Below, piece after piece: positions 37,065 to 46,346 of a DNA stretch of 64,000 nucleotides. Source of the DNA: an uncultured Alphaproteobacteria bacterium (GTDB lineage: Bacteria > Pseudomonadota > Alphaproteobacteria > Rhizobiales > Xanthobacteraceae). Where the stretch lies: positions 469,109 to 533,108 of the forward strand of contig CAVXFY010000009.1 of NCBI GenBank assembly GCA_963761185.1, in the 5' to 3' direction. The notes beneath the pieces were generated by a model that made no database searches, was not told the origin of the DNA, and was given only the letters and a program-made list of their open reading frames with translations. Numbering within the stretch: position 1 is the first letter of the stretch; each line of letters begins with the position of its first letter. The translations under genes were made by a program, and so were the position numbers.

Positions 37065-37499
37065 ATGTATCGTTTTCTGCAAGCTACGGCGGAGCAATAT
37101 ATGACGCGCACGGTGACAACCGTGACGCGCCGGACGACCATGCGTGAGCTTGAGGCGCTATTCGAGAAGCACGATTTCAATTCCTTCCCCGTGGTCGAAG
37201 ACGGCAAGATGCTGGGCATCGTTACAAAATTCGATTTCCTTCGGGCCTTTGCCTTCACCACCGGTCAGATGACGCCGCATTACGAGGAGCTCATGCGGCG
37301 TCCGGTCGGCGAGGCCATGACCGAAGCCGTCGTGCATGTCGAGCCGGCAGAACCGTTGACGCGAGTGCTCCAGCTGATGGTGAGCCTCAAGGCCCGCAGC
37401 TTCCCGGTGATCGGGCCCGATCGGCGACTGGTGGGTATAATCTCGCGCGAGGACGTGATGTGCGCGCTCAAAGAAGCGACGGATGCAGGGAGAGCGTAA
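37065..37499 (+). CDS. CBS domain pair protein
   Basis: Two CBS repeats (MTRTVTTV......L..LF.KH.FNSFPVVEDGK.LGIVT..D and AM...VV.V......T.VL.LM......SFPVIG.DR.LVGIISR.D). Confidence 0.8.
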   Translation: MYRFLQATAEQYMTRTVTTVTRRTTMRELEALFEKHDFNSFPVVEDGKMLGIVTKFDFLRAFAFTTGQMTPHYEELMRRPVGEAMTEAVVHVEPAEPLTRVLQLMVSLKARSFPVIGPDRRLVGIISREDVMCALKEATDAGRA

Positions 37500-37500
37500 A

Positions 37501-37695
37501 GTGGCGAAAATCGAAGAGAAAGAATTAGAACAGCATCGTCATCAGATTATCGCCGACGTAAAGAAATTGGTGGAAAAATATCGTGCGATATTCGATTGGG
37601 ATGTGCCGGATATCGACCAGACCGCCGCGGACCGACTGATCTTGACGGAGATACGCAAGGCCTTGAGTGAGCTTGAGCAAAAGTTGCTGGGCTGA
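37501..37695 (+). CDS. hypothetical small protein (lower GC)
   Basis: The GTG at 37501 lies 6 nt after GGGAGAG and directly after the CBS stop. 64 aa, predicted helical and charged. No recognised family. Confidence 0.4.
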   Translation: MAKIEEKELEQHRHQIIADVKKLVEKYRAIFDWDVPDIDQTAADRLILTEIRKALSELEQKLLG

Positions 37696-37730
37696 TGTCC
37701 GCGCCGGGGCGGAGATGCGGCGGTAAGCCG

Positions 37731-39341
37731 CTATAACGGCGGCTCCTCGCCGCCTTCCTTCTTGCAGGCGATGCTCGCTTCTTCAAGGTCGAGCTCGCGT
37801 TCGATGCGGCGGCGGGCTTCGTCGGTGATCTCGCCGCGCTGCAGGAGGCCGTAGATATATTCGCGCTCGGCGGCGATCAGCTCGAGCCGCAATTCCGCGG
37901 CCGCCACCGAGGCGTCGATCCCGTCGGGCGTCACCCGCGGCAGCCGGCCGGCGCGGTATTCGTGGCGGGCGCGAAGGATCGCGTCGGCCCCAGGCGACAC
38001 CCGGCCGTCGGCGACGAATTGCTTCAAGCGGCCATACGCCACGTTCAACGCCCCCGCTCGCGCGGCGATCTCCGCTCCGTGCTCGCGCTCACGCTCGTCG
38101 GCTGCGTGTTGGCCAAGCCCGAGCCAGCGCACGACCGCCGGCAGCGCTAGGCCTTGTCCGATCAGGGTGACGACGATGATGCCGAACGTGACGAAGAGAA
38201 TGAGATCGCGATCGGGAAACGGAGCGCCGGACGCCGTGAAGAGCGGCAGCGCCAAGGCCGCCGCGAGCGAGACCACGCCGCGCACGCCGACGAAGGACAG
38301 GAAGAACGCCCATTGCCAGGGCGGCGCCGGATCGCGCCGCCGCAGCGACGGGCTCAGCCAGCGCGGCAAATAGGTCGCCGGATAGACCCAGACGAATCGC
38401 GCGACGACCACCGCCGCTACGGTCAGCAAGATGGCGAAGGCGAAATGCTGCCACGGCACGTCGTGCATGCGCAGGAACAGCCCGCGCGTCTGCATGCCGG
38501 TGACCAGGAAGATGAAGCCTTCGAGCAGATAGATCAGCAAGTCCCAAAAGAAGATGCCTTGCAGCCGCGTCGCCGCCGGGATGAGGAGCGGTCCGTTCCA
38601 GCTCACGAACAGGCCGGCCGCGACCGTGGCCAAGACGCCGGAGCCGCCCATTTGTTGGGGAATGAGAAACGCGGCGTAAGGCGTCATCAGCGACAATGTG
38701 ATCTCGACGCGCGGGTCGCGCGCCCAGCGGCGCAGCCGCAGGCTCACCCAGCCGACGCCGATGCCATAGGCGATTTCGCCGACGACGATGAGGGCAAAGG
38801 TGCCGGCGGCGTTGTCGAAGGAAAACAGCCCGGTGCTCACCGCGGCGACGGCGAAGCGATAAAGGGTCAAGGCGGTGGCATCGTTGGCGAGGCCTTCGCC
38901 CTCGAGGACGACGACGAGCCGGCGCGGCACGCCGAGACGCCGCACGATCGCGAGCGGCGCCACCGCGTCGGGCGGCGACACGATGGCGCCGAGCACGAAC
39001 GCGACAGCGGGCGGCATGCCGAGCAGCCAATGGGCGGCCGCCGCCACCGCACAGGTGGTGAAAACCACGCCGCCGAAAGCGAACAGCGTGATCGGGCGCA
39101 GATTGAACCTGAACTCGCGCCAGCTCATGGCGACGCCGGCGGAATAGATCAGCGGCGGCAGGATGCCGAGAAGGACCAGTTCCGGCGCGAGCTCGATGCC
39201 GGGAAGCCCCGGCACGAGCGCGAGCGCAATGCCGGCGATGACGAGAAGGATCGACGGCGCGGTATTGAGCCGCCGTGCCACGATGGCGACGATGACCAGC
39301 ACGCCGAGGAGGAGCAGGATGGTTTCGATCGTCTGGGCCAT
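37731..39341 (-). CDS. Na+/H+ antiporter (CPA1 family)
   Basis: 536 aa with about 12 TM segments and a cytoplasmic C-terminal tail. LEGEGLANDATAL is typical of NhaP-type exchangers. Confidence 0.85.
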   Translation of the reverse strand: MAQTIETILLLLGVLVIVAIVARRLNTAPSILLVIAGIALALVPGLPGIELAPELVLLGILPPLIYSAGVAMSWREFRFNLRPITLFAFGGVVFTTCAVAAAAHWLLGMPPAVAFVLGAIVSPPDAVAPLAIVRRLGVPRRLVVVLEGEGLANDATALTLYRFAVAAVSTGLFSFDNAAGTFALIVVGEIAYGIGVGWVSLRLRRWARDPRVEITLSLMTPYAAFLIPQQMGGSGVLATVAAGLFVSWNGPLLIPAATRLQGIFFWDLLIYLLEGFIFLVTGMQTRGLFLRMHDVPWQHFAFAILLTVAAVVVARFVWVYPATYLPRWLSPSLRRRDPAPPWQWAFFLSFVGVRGVVSLAAALALPLFTASGAPFPDRDLILFVTFGIIVVTLIGQGLALPAVVRWLGLGQHAADEREREHGAEIAARAGALNVAYGRLKQFVADGRVSPGADAILRARHEYRAGRLPRVTPDGIDASVAAAELRLELIAAEREYIYGLLQRGEITDEARRRIERELDLEEASIACKKEGGEEPPL

Positions 39342-39350
39342 GGGGCGACC

Positions 39351-41525
39351 CTACAAAAAACTCTGCGGATCGACGTCGATATCGAGTTTGAGCGAGCCTT
39401 TTTTCTTCGGCGCAGCGGCGAGCCAGTCGCGCAGATAGCCGGAGAGATCGAAATTGCGCGGCGCCTTGACCAACAAACGCAGCCGATGTCGGCCGCGCAC
39501 CAAAGCGAGCGGCGCGTCGGCAGGGCCGAGCACGCGCAAGTCGTCGTGCTGCGGCGCGCAGCGCGCGAGTTCCCGCGCATAGGCCGCAGTCTCGTGCTTG
39601 TCGGAACCGGAAACAACGATCGAGGCGAGGCGGCCGAACGGCGGATAGTGCGTTTTCTCGCGCACGTCGATCTCGGCCGAGTAGAACGCCTCGCGATCCT
39701 GCGCGATCAAGGCGCGCATCACCGGATGGTCGGGCTGGTGCGTCTGCAGGAAGCCGCGGCCGATGCCAGCGTCGCGGCCGGCGCGGCCGATGACCTGATG
39801 TAAGAGCTGGAATGTGCGCTCGGCGGCGCGCGGATCGCCGTTGCTCAAGCCCAGATCGGCGTCGACGACGCCGACCAGATTCAGCATCGGGAAGTTATGG
39901 CCCTTGGCGACGAGTTGCGTGCCGATGACGATGTCGAAATGGCCTTGCGCAATCTCGGCGAATTCCTCGCGCATGCGCTCCGCCGTGGCGACGAGATCGC
40001 TGGAGAGGACGAGCACGCGCGCCTCGGGAAACAGCGCGTGCACCTCCTCTTCGAGGCGCTCGACACCGGGCCCGCAGGCGACGAAGGAATCCATCGCCTG
40101 GCATTTCGGGCATTCGTGCGGATGCGGCATGGCGAAGCCGCAATGGTGGCAGACGAGCTGCTTCCTGAAACGATGATCGACCAGCCAGGCGTCGCAATTC
40201 GGGCAGGCGAAGCGGAAGCCGCAGGCGCGGCACAGAGTGAGCGGCGCATAGCCGCGGCGATTGAGGAAGAGCAGCGCCTGCTCGCGGCGCTCCAGCGCCG
40301 TCTGCACTTCGCCGACGAGCAGCGGCGAGATGAAGCGGCCGCGCCCCGGCGGCGCATGCCGCAGATCGATCGCCTCGACCGACGGCAGGCGCTGGCCGCC
40401 GAAGCGCTCCGGCAGAGCCAGCCGCTGGTAGCGGCCGCGCCGCGCATTGACTTCGCTTTCGACCGACGGCGTCGCCGACGACAGCACCACCGGAATTTTC
40501 GCGATATGGCCGCGCACCACCGCCATGTCGCGGGCGTGATAATGCACGCCGTCTTCCTGCTTGTAGGCGGGGTCGTGCTCTTCATCGACGACAATCAGCC
40601 CGAGATCGGCGTAAGGCAGAAACAAAGCCGAGCGCGCGCCGACGACGACGGAGACTTCCCCTTTGGCGACAGCCGACCAGGTGCGCGCGCGCCGGCGCGG
40701 CGTCAGTTCGGAATGCCATTCCGCCGGTCGGGTGCCGAAGCGTGCCGCAAAGCGGTCGAGGAATTGCGCAGTGAGCGCGATCTCCGGCATGAGGATCAGG
40801 CTTTGCCGACCGCTCCGGATCGCATCCGCCACCGCCTCGAAATACACCTCCGTCTTGCCCGAGCCGGTGACGCCGTCGAGCAGCGTCACGGAATAGCTGC
40901 CTGTAGCCATCGTGGCCTTGAGCGTTGCCGCGGCGGCGCCCTGATCGGGCGTGAGGCCGGGCTGAACGAAATCCAGATCGGGCTTTTCGGCGACCGGCTC
41001 CGGCGGCAGCACCACGGTTTGCAGCGTGCCTTCGTCGATCAACCCGTCGATGACGCCGGCCGAGACGCCGGCCTCGCGCGCGGCTTCGCTCTTGCCGCGC
41101 GTCATGCCGTCGGCGAGGAGCTCGAGCACGCGCCGGCGCGCGGGCGTCATGCGTAGCGGCACAGGTCCCGCAAGCCGCACGCCGGGGCGTTCGCGTTCGG
41201 CGCCGAGATGCTCGCCCATGCGCAGGCACATGCGCAGCACCATGCCGCGCGACGACACCGTGTAATTCGCCACCCAATCGACGAAACCGCGCAGCTCGGG
41301 GCGCAGCGGCGGGAATTCGAGTTTTTCCTCGATGTCCTTGAGACGGTTGTCGAGGCGGATATCGGGCTTCGGATTTTCCGCCCACACCACGGCGGTTGCG
41401 TCGCGGGCGCCGAGCGGCACGCAGACGATATCGCCCGGGACGAGATCGAGCCCGTCCGGCACCCGGTAGGAATAGGCCCGGTCGAGCGCGACCGGGACCA
41501 GTACATCGACGACGCGCTTGGCCAT
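39351..41525 (-). CDS. priA: primosomal protein N' (replication restart helicase PriA)
   Basis: VDVLVPVALDRAYSYRVP, Walker A LLDGVTGSGKTEVY, DEEHD and the Cys-rich zinc region CRACGFRFACPNCDAWLVDH....LVCHHCG....P..CP.C. The ATG is at 41525. Confidence 0.95.
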   Translation of the reverse strand: MAKRVVDVLVPVALDRAYSYRVPDGLDLVPGDIVCVPLGARDATAVVWAENPKPDIRLDNRLKDIEEKLEFPPLRPELRGFVDWVANYTVSSRGMVLRMCLRMGEHLGAERERPGVRLAGPVPLRMTPARRRVLELLADGMTRGKSEAAREAGVSAGVIDGLIDEGTLQTVVLPPEPVAEKPDLDFVQPGLTPDQGAAAATLKATMATGSYSVTLLDGVTGSGKTEVYFEAVADAIRSGRQSLILMPEIALTAQFLDRFAARFGTRPAEWHSELTPRRRARTWSAVAKGEVSVVVGARSALFLPYADLGLIVVDEEHDPAYKQEDGVHYHARDMAVVRGHIAKIPVVLSSATPSVESEVNARRGRYQRLALPERFGGQRLPSVEAIDLRHAPPGRGRFISPLLVGEVQTALERREQALLFLNRRGYAPLTLCRACGFRFACPNCDAWLVDHRFRKQLVCHHCGFAMPHPHECPKCQAMDSFVACGPGVERLEEEVHALFPEARVLVLSSDLVATAERMREEFAEIAQGHFDIVIGTQLVAKGHNFPMLNLVGVVDADLGLSNGDPRAAERTFQLLHQVIGRAGRDAGIGRGFLQTHQPDHPVMRALIAQDREAFYSAEIDVREKTHYPPFGRLASIVVSGSDKHETAAYARELARCAPQHDDLRVLGPADAPLALVRGRHRLRLLVKAPRNFDLSGYLRDWLAAAPKKKGSLKLDIDVDPQSFL

Positions 41526-41596
41526 ACCGGGGAAGTTCTGGGCCGATTCCGGCCGGTTTAGGAAGGGTAAAGGGCGGAGGGCTAGATTTCCCACTC

Positions 41597-41668
41597 ATTC
41601 CCGCGAAAGCGGGAATTTAGTACCGAAAGCGCGGCAAAACAGACCTGGGTCCCCGCCTCCGCGGGGAC
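41597..41668. repeat. REP family E (hairpins attcccgcgaaagcgggaat and gtccccgcctccgcggggac)
   Basis: Two short perfect hairpins in the priA/xerC divergent spacer. Only one copy is in the window, so family status is inferred from how common such elements are in related genomes. Confidence 0.45.
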
Positions 41669-41674
41669 GAGCGA

Positions 41675-42631
41675 ATGATGGCCAAATCCGAGCTAACAAA
41701 CGTCGCGCCTAGGGTCGCCGCCGAGATCGCCAATTGGCTCACGCATCTCGGCGCGGAACGACGCATGTCGGGAAAGACCGTCGAGGCCTATCAGCGCGAT
41801 GTGCTGCAATTCCTCGCTTTCCTCGCTGAACATCTCGGCGGCGCGCCATCGCTGAAAGAGCTTGCCGAACTGACGCCCGCGGATGTGCGCGCCTTCATGG
41901 CAGCGCGGCGCGCCGCCGGCATCGGCAGTCGCTCCTTGATGCGCACGCTTGCCGGCACCCGCGCGTTTGCGCGCTTTCTCGAACGCAACGGCAAGGGAAG
42001 GGTCGGCGCGCTCTCCGCCGTGCGGGCGCCGAAAATCGGCAAGACCTTGCCGCGGCCACTCGCCGTTGCGGGCGCGCGTGCCGTCGCCGATCCCGACATC
42101 GCCGCGGGCGACGGTCGCGAGCCGTGGATCCATGCGCGCGATGCCGCGGTGCTTGGTCTGCTCTATGGCTGCGGCTTGCGCATATCCGAGGCGCTGGGCT
42201 TGAAGCGCTGTGAGTTCGGCGCGCACGACGTGCTCACCGACAGGCTCACTGTTTTGGGCAAGGGCCGCAAGCAGCGCATGGTGCCGCTCATTCCGCAGGT
42301 GGCAAGACTCATCGCCGATTATGTCGCGCTCTGCCCCTACGACCTGCCCGAACAATGCCCGCTGTTCGTCGGCGCCAAAGGCGGCCCGCTGTCGCCACGC
42401 CTCGTGCAACTCGCCATGGCGCGGTTGCGCGGCGCGCTTGGACTCGCCGAAACGGCGACGCCGCATGCGCTGCGGCATTCCTTCGCCACGCATCTCCTCG
42501 CCCGCGGCGGCGATCTGCGCTCGATCCAGGAACTTTTGGGCCACGCCTCGCTGTCGACCACGCAGATCTACACCGAAGTCGATGCCGACCGGCTGATCGA
42601 GGCCTACCGCTCGGCGCATCCGCGCGCCTGA
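41675..42631 (+). CDS. xerC: tyrosine recombinase XerC
   Basis: The SAM-like N-domain is (TVEAYQRDVLQFLAFL). The catalytic domain carries R...HALRHSFATHLL..GGDLR.IQELLGH.SLSTTQIYT. Confidence 0.85.
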   Translation: MMAKSELTNVAPRVAAEIANWLTHLGAERRMSGKTVEAYQRDVLQFLAFLAEHLGGAPSLKELAELTPADVRAFMAARRAAGIGSRSLMRTLAGTRAFARFLERNGKGRVGALSAVRAPKIGKTLPRPLAVAGARAVADPDIAAGDGREPWIHARDAAVLGLLYGCGLRISEALGLKRCEFGAHDVLTDRLTVLGKGRKQRMVPLIPQVARLIADYVALCPYDLPEQCPLFVGAKGGPLSPRLVQLAMARLRGALGLAETATPHALRHSFATHLLARGGDLRSIQELLGHASLSTTQIYTEVDADRLIEAYRSAHPRA

Positions 42632-42654
42632 TCCAAATCCCTGTTGGCGGCGTA

Positions 42655-42721
42655 GCATGTGAGGTACGAAGCTCACCCGCCCCACGCGGTTGCGGTGAGT
42701 TACGCCTTCGGCTAACCCACC
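42655..42721. repeat. REP family F, second copy
   Basis: GTGAGgtacgaagCTCAC plus GGTGAGTTACGCCTTCGGCTAACCCACC. The architecture matches 1431-1500, with paired base changes in the stems. Confidence 0.6.
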
Positions 42722-42751
42722 CCACAGACGATATAAAACGAGGGGGCCATC

Positions 42752-43364
42752 ATGTCGGAAATCAGCGAAGCCATCGAGAAGGCCAAAGAAGGCGAGAAGA
42801 TCGAAGTCGGCGAGGGCTTCAACCGCAAGATCGCGCTGGTGATCGCAATCCTGGCGCTGTTCCTTGCTTTCTCGGAGACGCTGGGCAAAGGCGCGCAGAA
42901 CGAGGCCAACACGAAAAACATCGAAGCGTCGGATCTCTGGGTGTTTTTCCAGGCCAAGGACATTCGCCGGACAACGCTGAATGTCGCGGCCGATCAGACC
43001 AACCTGCTGGCTGCAGGCCTGAGCGATCCGGCAGCCAAGGAAGCGATCGGAAAGCAGGTCGAAACCTGGCGCAAAACTGCCGAACGCTACGAGTTCGGAC
43101 CCGCAAGCAGGGAACGGCCGCAAGCAACTTGAGGAAAAGGCGAAGGACGCCGAAGCGGAGCGCGATCTGTCGCTGACGAAATATCACCACTATGAATTGT
43201 CGTCGGCGGCGTTCCAGATCGGCATCGTGCTGGCGTCGGCCGCGGTCATCACCGGCATGGTGGGGCTGGCTTGGCTCGCGGGACTGCTCGGCGTGGTCGG
43301 GCTTGGACTGTTGGCGCTCGGCATCTTCGCGCCGCATGCCGTGGCGTTCATCGCGACGCTGTAG
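42752..43364 (+). pseudogene. DUF4337-like membrane protein, one frameshift near 43095
   Basis: MSEISEAIEKAKEGE...ETWRKTAERYE, then in another frame GKEGRKQLEEKAKDAEAERDLSLTKYHHYELSSAAFQIGIVLASAAVITGM...FIATL, with the stop at 43362-43364. Confidence 0.7.
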
Positions 43365-43379
43365 GCGAGCCTTGGGCCC

Positions 43380-43479
43380 GTCATCCTGAGGTGCGAGCGG
43401 AGCGAGCCTCGAAGGATGCCAGCTGGGGCGCCCGGGCCGTCGCCCTTCGAGGGCCGCTTCGCGGCCACCTCAGGGTGAC
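43380..43479. repeat. REP family B, inverted copy
   Basis: gtcatcctgaggtgcgagcggagcgagcctcgaagg...ccttcgagggccgcttcgcggccacctcagggtgac. Confidence 0.75.
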
Positions 43480-43489
43480 GGAATAGACT

Positions 43490-44890
43490 TCAGAAATTGA
43501 TCGCGCGCTTGTTGACCGCAAGCGCGGCCTCTTTGATCGCCTCGGTCAATGTCGGATGCGCGTGGCAGGTGCGCGCGATGTCCTCGGACGAGGCGCCGAA
43601 TTCCATGGCGATGGCGGCCTCGCCGATCATGTTGCCGGCGTCGGCGCCGAGAATATGGATGCCGAGCACGCGGTCGGTCTTGGCGTCGGCGAGAATTTTT
43701 ACAAAACCCTCGGTGGTGAGGTTCACCTTGGCACGGCCGTTGGCGGTGAACGGGAACTTGCCGACATTGTAGGCGACGCCGGCGGCCTTCAGCTCCTCCT
43801 CGGTTTTGCCGACGGAGGCGATTTCCGGATAGGTATAGACCACGTTCGGAATGACGTCGTAGTTCACGTGGCCGGCCTGGCCGGCGAGAATTTCGGCGAC
43901 CGCGATGCCCTCCTCCTCCGCCTTGTGCGCCAGCATGGGGCCGGCGATCACGTCGCCGATGGCATAGATGCCGGACACGCTGGTCTGGAAATGCGGGTCG
44001 ACGATAACCCGGCCGCGATTGTCCTTCTTCACGCCGGCGGCTTCGAGCCCGAGCCCATCGGTGAACGGCACCCGCCCGATGGCGACGAGCACCACATCGG
44101 CGTCGAGTGTCTCCGCAGGCCCGCCGGCCGACGGCTCGACCTTGACCTTGAGCACCTTGCCCGAGGTGTCGACGCCGGTGACTTTCGACGACAGTCTGAA
44201 CGTAAGCCCCTGCTTCTGCAGCATGCGGTGGAATTGCTTGCCGACTTCACCGTCGATGCCCGGCAGAATGTGATCCAGGAATTCGACGATGGTCACTTCG
44301 GCGCCGAGCCGCCGCCACACCGAACCGAGTTCGACCCCGATAATGCCGGCGCCGACGATGACCAGCTTTTGCGGCACCTTGGCGAGTTCGAGCGCCCCGG
44401 TCGAGGACACGATGCGCTTCTCGTCGATGTCGATGCCGTTCAATCGCGTCACGTCCGAGCCGGTGGCGATGACGACGTTCTTGGTTTCGAGCACCTGGGT
44501 CTTGCCGTCGACCGACTTCACCTCGACCTTGCCGGGCGCCGCAATGGATCCGGCACCGATGAAGGTCTCGATCTTATTTTTCTTGAACAGATAATCGACG
44601 CCTTTGACGTTGCCGTCGACGCCCTGCTGCTTGTATTTGAGCATCGCCGCGAGATCGACACTGGGCTTGCCGACCTTGATGCCCATATCGGCGAATTTGT
44701 GCACCGCCTCTTCGTAAAGCTCCGACGCATTAAGCATCGCCTTTGACGGGATGCAGCCGACATTGAGGCAGGTGCCGCCGAAAGTCGGCATCTTCTCGAT
44801 GACGGCGGTCTTCATGCCGAGCTGCGCCGCGCGAATGGCGCAGACATAGCCGCCGGGACCGGAGCCGATAACGATGAGATCGTAAGCCAT
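43490..44890 (-). CDS. lpdA: dihydrolipoyl dehydrogenase (E3)
   Basis: YDLIVIGSGPGGYVCAIRAAQLG, the redox disulfide GGTCLNVGCIPSK and the C-terminal HAHPTLSE-type motif (HAHPTLTEA). Confidence 0.95.
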   Translation of the reverse strand: MAYDLIVIGSGPGGYVCAIRAAQLGMKTAVIEKMPTFGGTCLNVGCIPSKAMLNASELYEEAVHKFADMGIKVGKPSVDLAAMLKYKQQGVDGNVKGVDYLFKKNKIETFIGAGSIAAPGKVEVKSVDGKTQVLETKNVVIATGSDVTRLNGIDIDEKRIVSSTGALELAKVPQKLVIVGAGIIGVELGSVWRRLGAEVTIVEFLDHILPGIDGEVGKQFHRMLQKQGLTFRLSSKVTGVDTSGKVLKVKVEPSAGGPAETLDADVVLVAIGRVPFTDGLGLEAAGVKKDNRGRVIVDPHFQTSVSGIYAIGDVIAGPMLAHKAEEEGIAVAEILAGQAGHVNYDVIPNVVYTYPEIASVGKTEEELKAAGVAYNVGKFPFTANGRAKVNLTTEGFVKILADAKTDRVLGIHILGADAGNMIGEAAIAMEFGASSEDIARTCHAHPTLTEAIKEAALAVNKRAINF

Positions 44891-44914
44891 TAAGAAAACT
44901 CCGTACTCTCAGTC

Positions 44915-44997
44915 GTCATGGCCGCACTTGTTGCGGCCATCCACGTCTTTCGGACAAGCGAAAAGACGTGGATGCCCGGCACAAGGCCGGGCATGAC
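44915..44997. repeat. REP family A
   Basis: Located in the sucB-lpdA spacer. Confidence 0.7.
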
Positions 44998-45002
44998 GGG
45001 AT

Positions 45003-46235
45003 TTAAAGATCCAGCACCAGCCGCGCCGGCTCCTCGAGGCATTCCTTCACCCGCACCAGGAAGGTCACGGCCTCGCGGCCGTCGACGATGCGGTGGTCGT
45101 AGGACAAGGCCAGATACATCATCGGCCGCACCTCGATCTTGCCGCCGATCACCATCGGTCGCTCCTGGATCTTGTGCATGCCGAGAATGCCGGATTGCGG
45201 CGCGTTGAGGATCGGCGTCGACATCAGCGAGCCGTAGATGCCGCCATTGGTGATGGTGAAGGTGCCGCCCTGCATCTCGTCGATCTTGAGCGCGCCATCG
45301 CGGGCGCGGTGGCCGAAATCGGAGATGCTCTTCTCGATCTCGGCGAGCGATTTCTGATCGCAATCGCGCACCACCGGCACCACCAGGCCGCGCTCGGTGC
45401 CGACCGCGATGCCGATGTGATAATAGTTCTTGTAGATCAGATCGGGTCCGTCGATCTCGGCATTGACGGCGGGGATTTCCTTGAGCGCCTGCACGCAGGC
45501 GCGCACGAAGAAGCCCATGAAGCCGAGCTTGACGCCGTGCTTCTTCTCGAACAGGTCGCGATATTGCGTGCGCAACGCCATGACATGGCCCATATCGACC
45601 TCGTTGAAGGTCGTGAGCATGGCGGCGGTGTTCTGCGCGTCCTTGAGCCGCTTGGCGATGGTCTGGCGCAGCCGCGTCATGCGCACGCGCTCTTCGCGCG
45701 CGGCGTCGTCGGCCGGCGACGGCGCGCGGACGGAAACGGCGGCGGCCGATTGGGCCACCGGCGTCGGCTGGGCCGCGGCGCGTTCGATGGCCGCCAGCAT
45801 GTCGCCCTTGGTGACGCGGCCGTCTTTGCCGCTGCCCGGCACGGTCGCGGCATCGACACCGGATTCGGCTGAGAGCTTTCGCACCGACGGCGCGAGCGGC
45901 AAGTCGGAAGCATTTGCTCCCGCTTTCGCGGGCGCAGGAGCCGGTGCTGCGGCCGGCGCGGGCTTCGCAGCCGCCGCTGCCGGAGCCGGCGCGGCACCCG
46001 CGCCTTCCTTGATCTGGCCGAGAACGGCGCCGACGGCGACGGTCTCGCCGTCCTTCGCGGCAATCTCGCTCAACACGCCGGCGGCAGGCGCCGGCACTTC
46101 GATGGTGACCTTGTCGGTCTCAAGTTCGACCAGCGGCTCGTCGACCGCGACCGCCTCGCCGGCTTTCTTGAACCATTTGCCGATGGTCGCCTCGGTGACC
46201 GATTCACCGAGCGTCGGCACGCGTATCTCAGCCAT
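45003..46235 (-). CDS. sucB: 2-oxoglutarate dehydrogenase E2 (dihydrolipoyllysine succinyltransferase)
   Basis: The lipoyl domain is [21 protein letters not shown]...ELETDKV. An Ala/Pro linker follows, then the catalytic domain with [13 protein letters not shown]. Confidence 0.95.
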   Translation of the reverse strand: MAEIRVPTLGESVTEATIGKWFKKAGEAVAVDEPLVELETDKVTIEVPAPAAGVLSEIAAKDGETVAVGAVLGQIKEGAGAAPAPAAAAAKPAPAAAPAPAPAKAGANASDLPLAPSVRKLSAESGVDAATVPGSGKDGRVTKGDMLAAIERAAAQPTPVAQSAAAVSVRAPSPADDAAREERVRMTRLRQTIAKRLKDAQNTAAMLTTFNEVDMGHVMALRTQYRDLFEKKHGVKLGFMGFFVRACVQALKEIPAVNAEIDGPDLIYKNYYHIGIAVGTERGLVVPVVRDCDQKSLAEIEKSISDFGHRARDGALKIDEMQGGTFTITNGGIYGSLMSTPILNAPQSGILGMHKIQERPMVIGGKIEVRPMMYLALSYDHRIVDGREAVTFLVRVKECLEEPARLVLDL

Positions 46236-46247
46236 GATTTCCTCTTC

Positions 46248-46335
46248 GTCATGGCCGGACTTGTTCCGGCCATCCACGCCTTTGCCTCGATTGCGCCGCC
46301 AAGACGTGGATGCCCGGCATGAAGCCGGGCATCAC
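46248..46335. repeat. REP family A
   Basis: Located in the sucA-sucB spacer. Confidence 0.7.
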
Positions 46336-46346
46336 GGCGCTAGAAA

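Noticed and set aside
44890-45363. ORFs translated from REP elements (for example 44890..45363-, 44918..45208+, 46249..46542-, 28576..28830-, 43190..43468-)
   Set aside because: They are driven by the repeated palindromes ([11 protein letters not shown] / HPEVRAKRASKD-type translations), sit in intercistronic spacers and overlap real genes.
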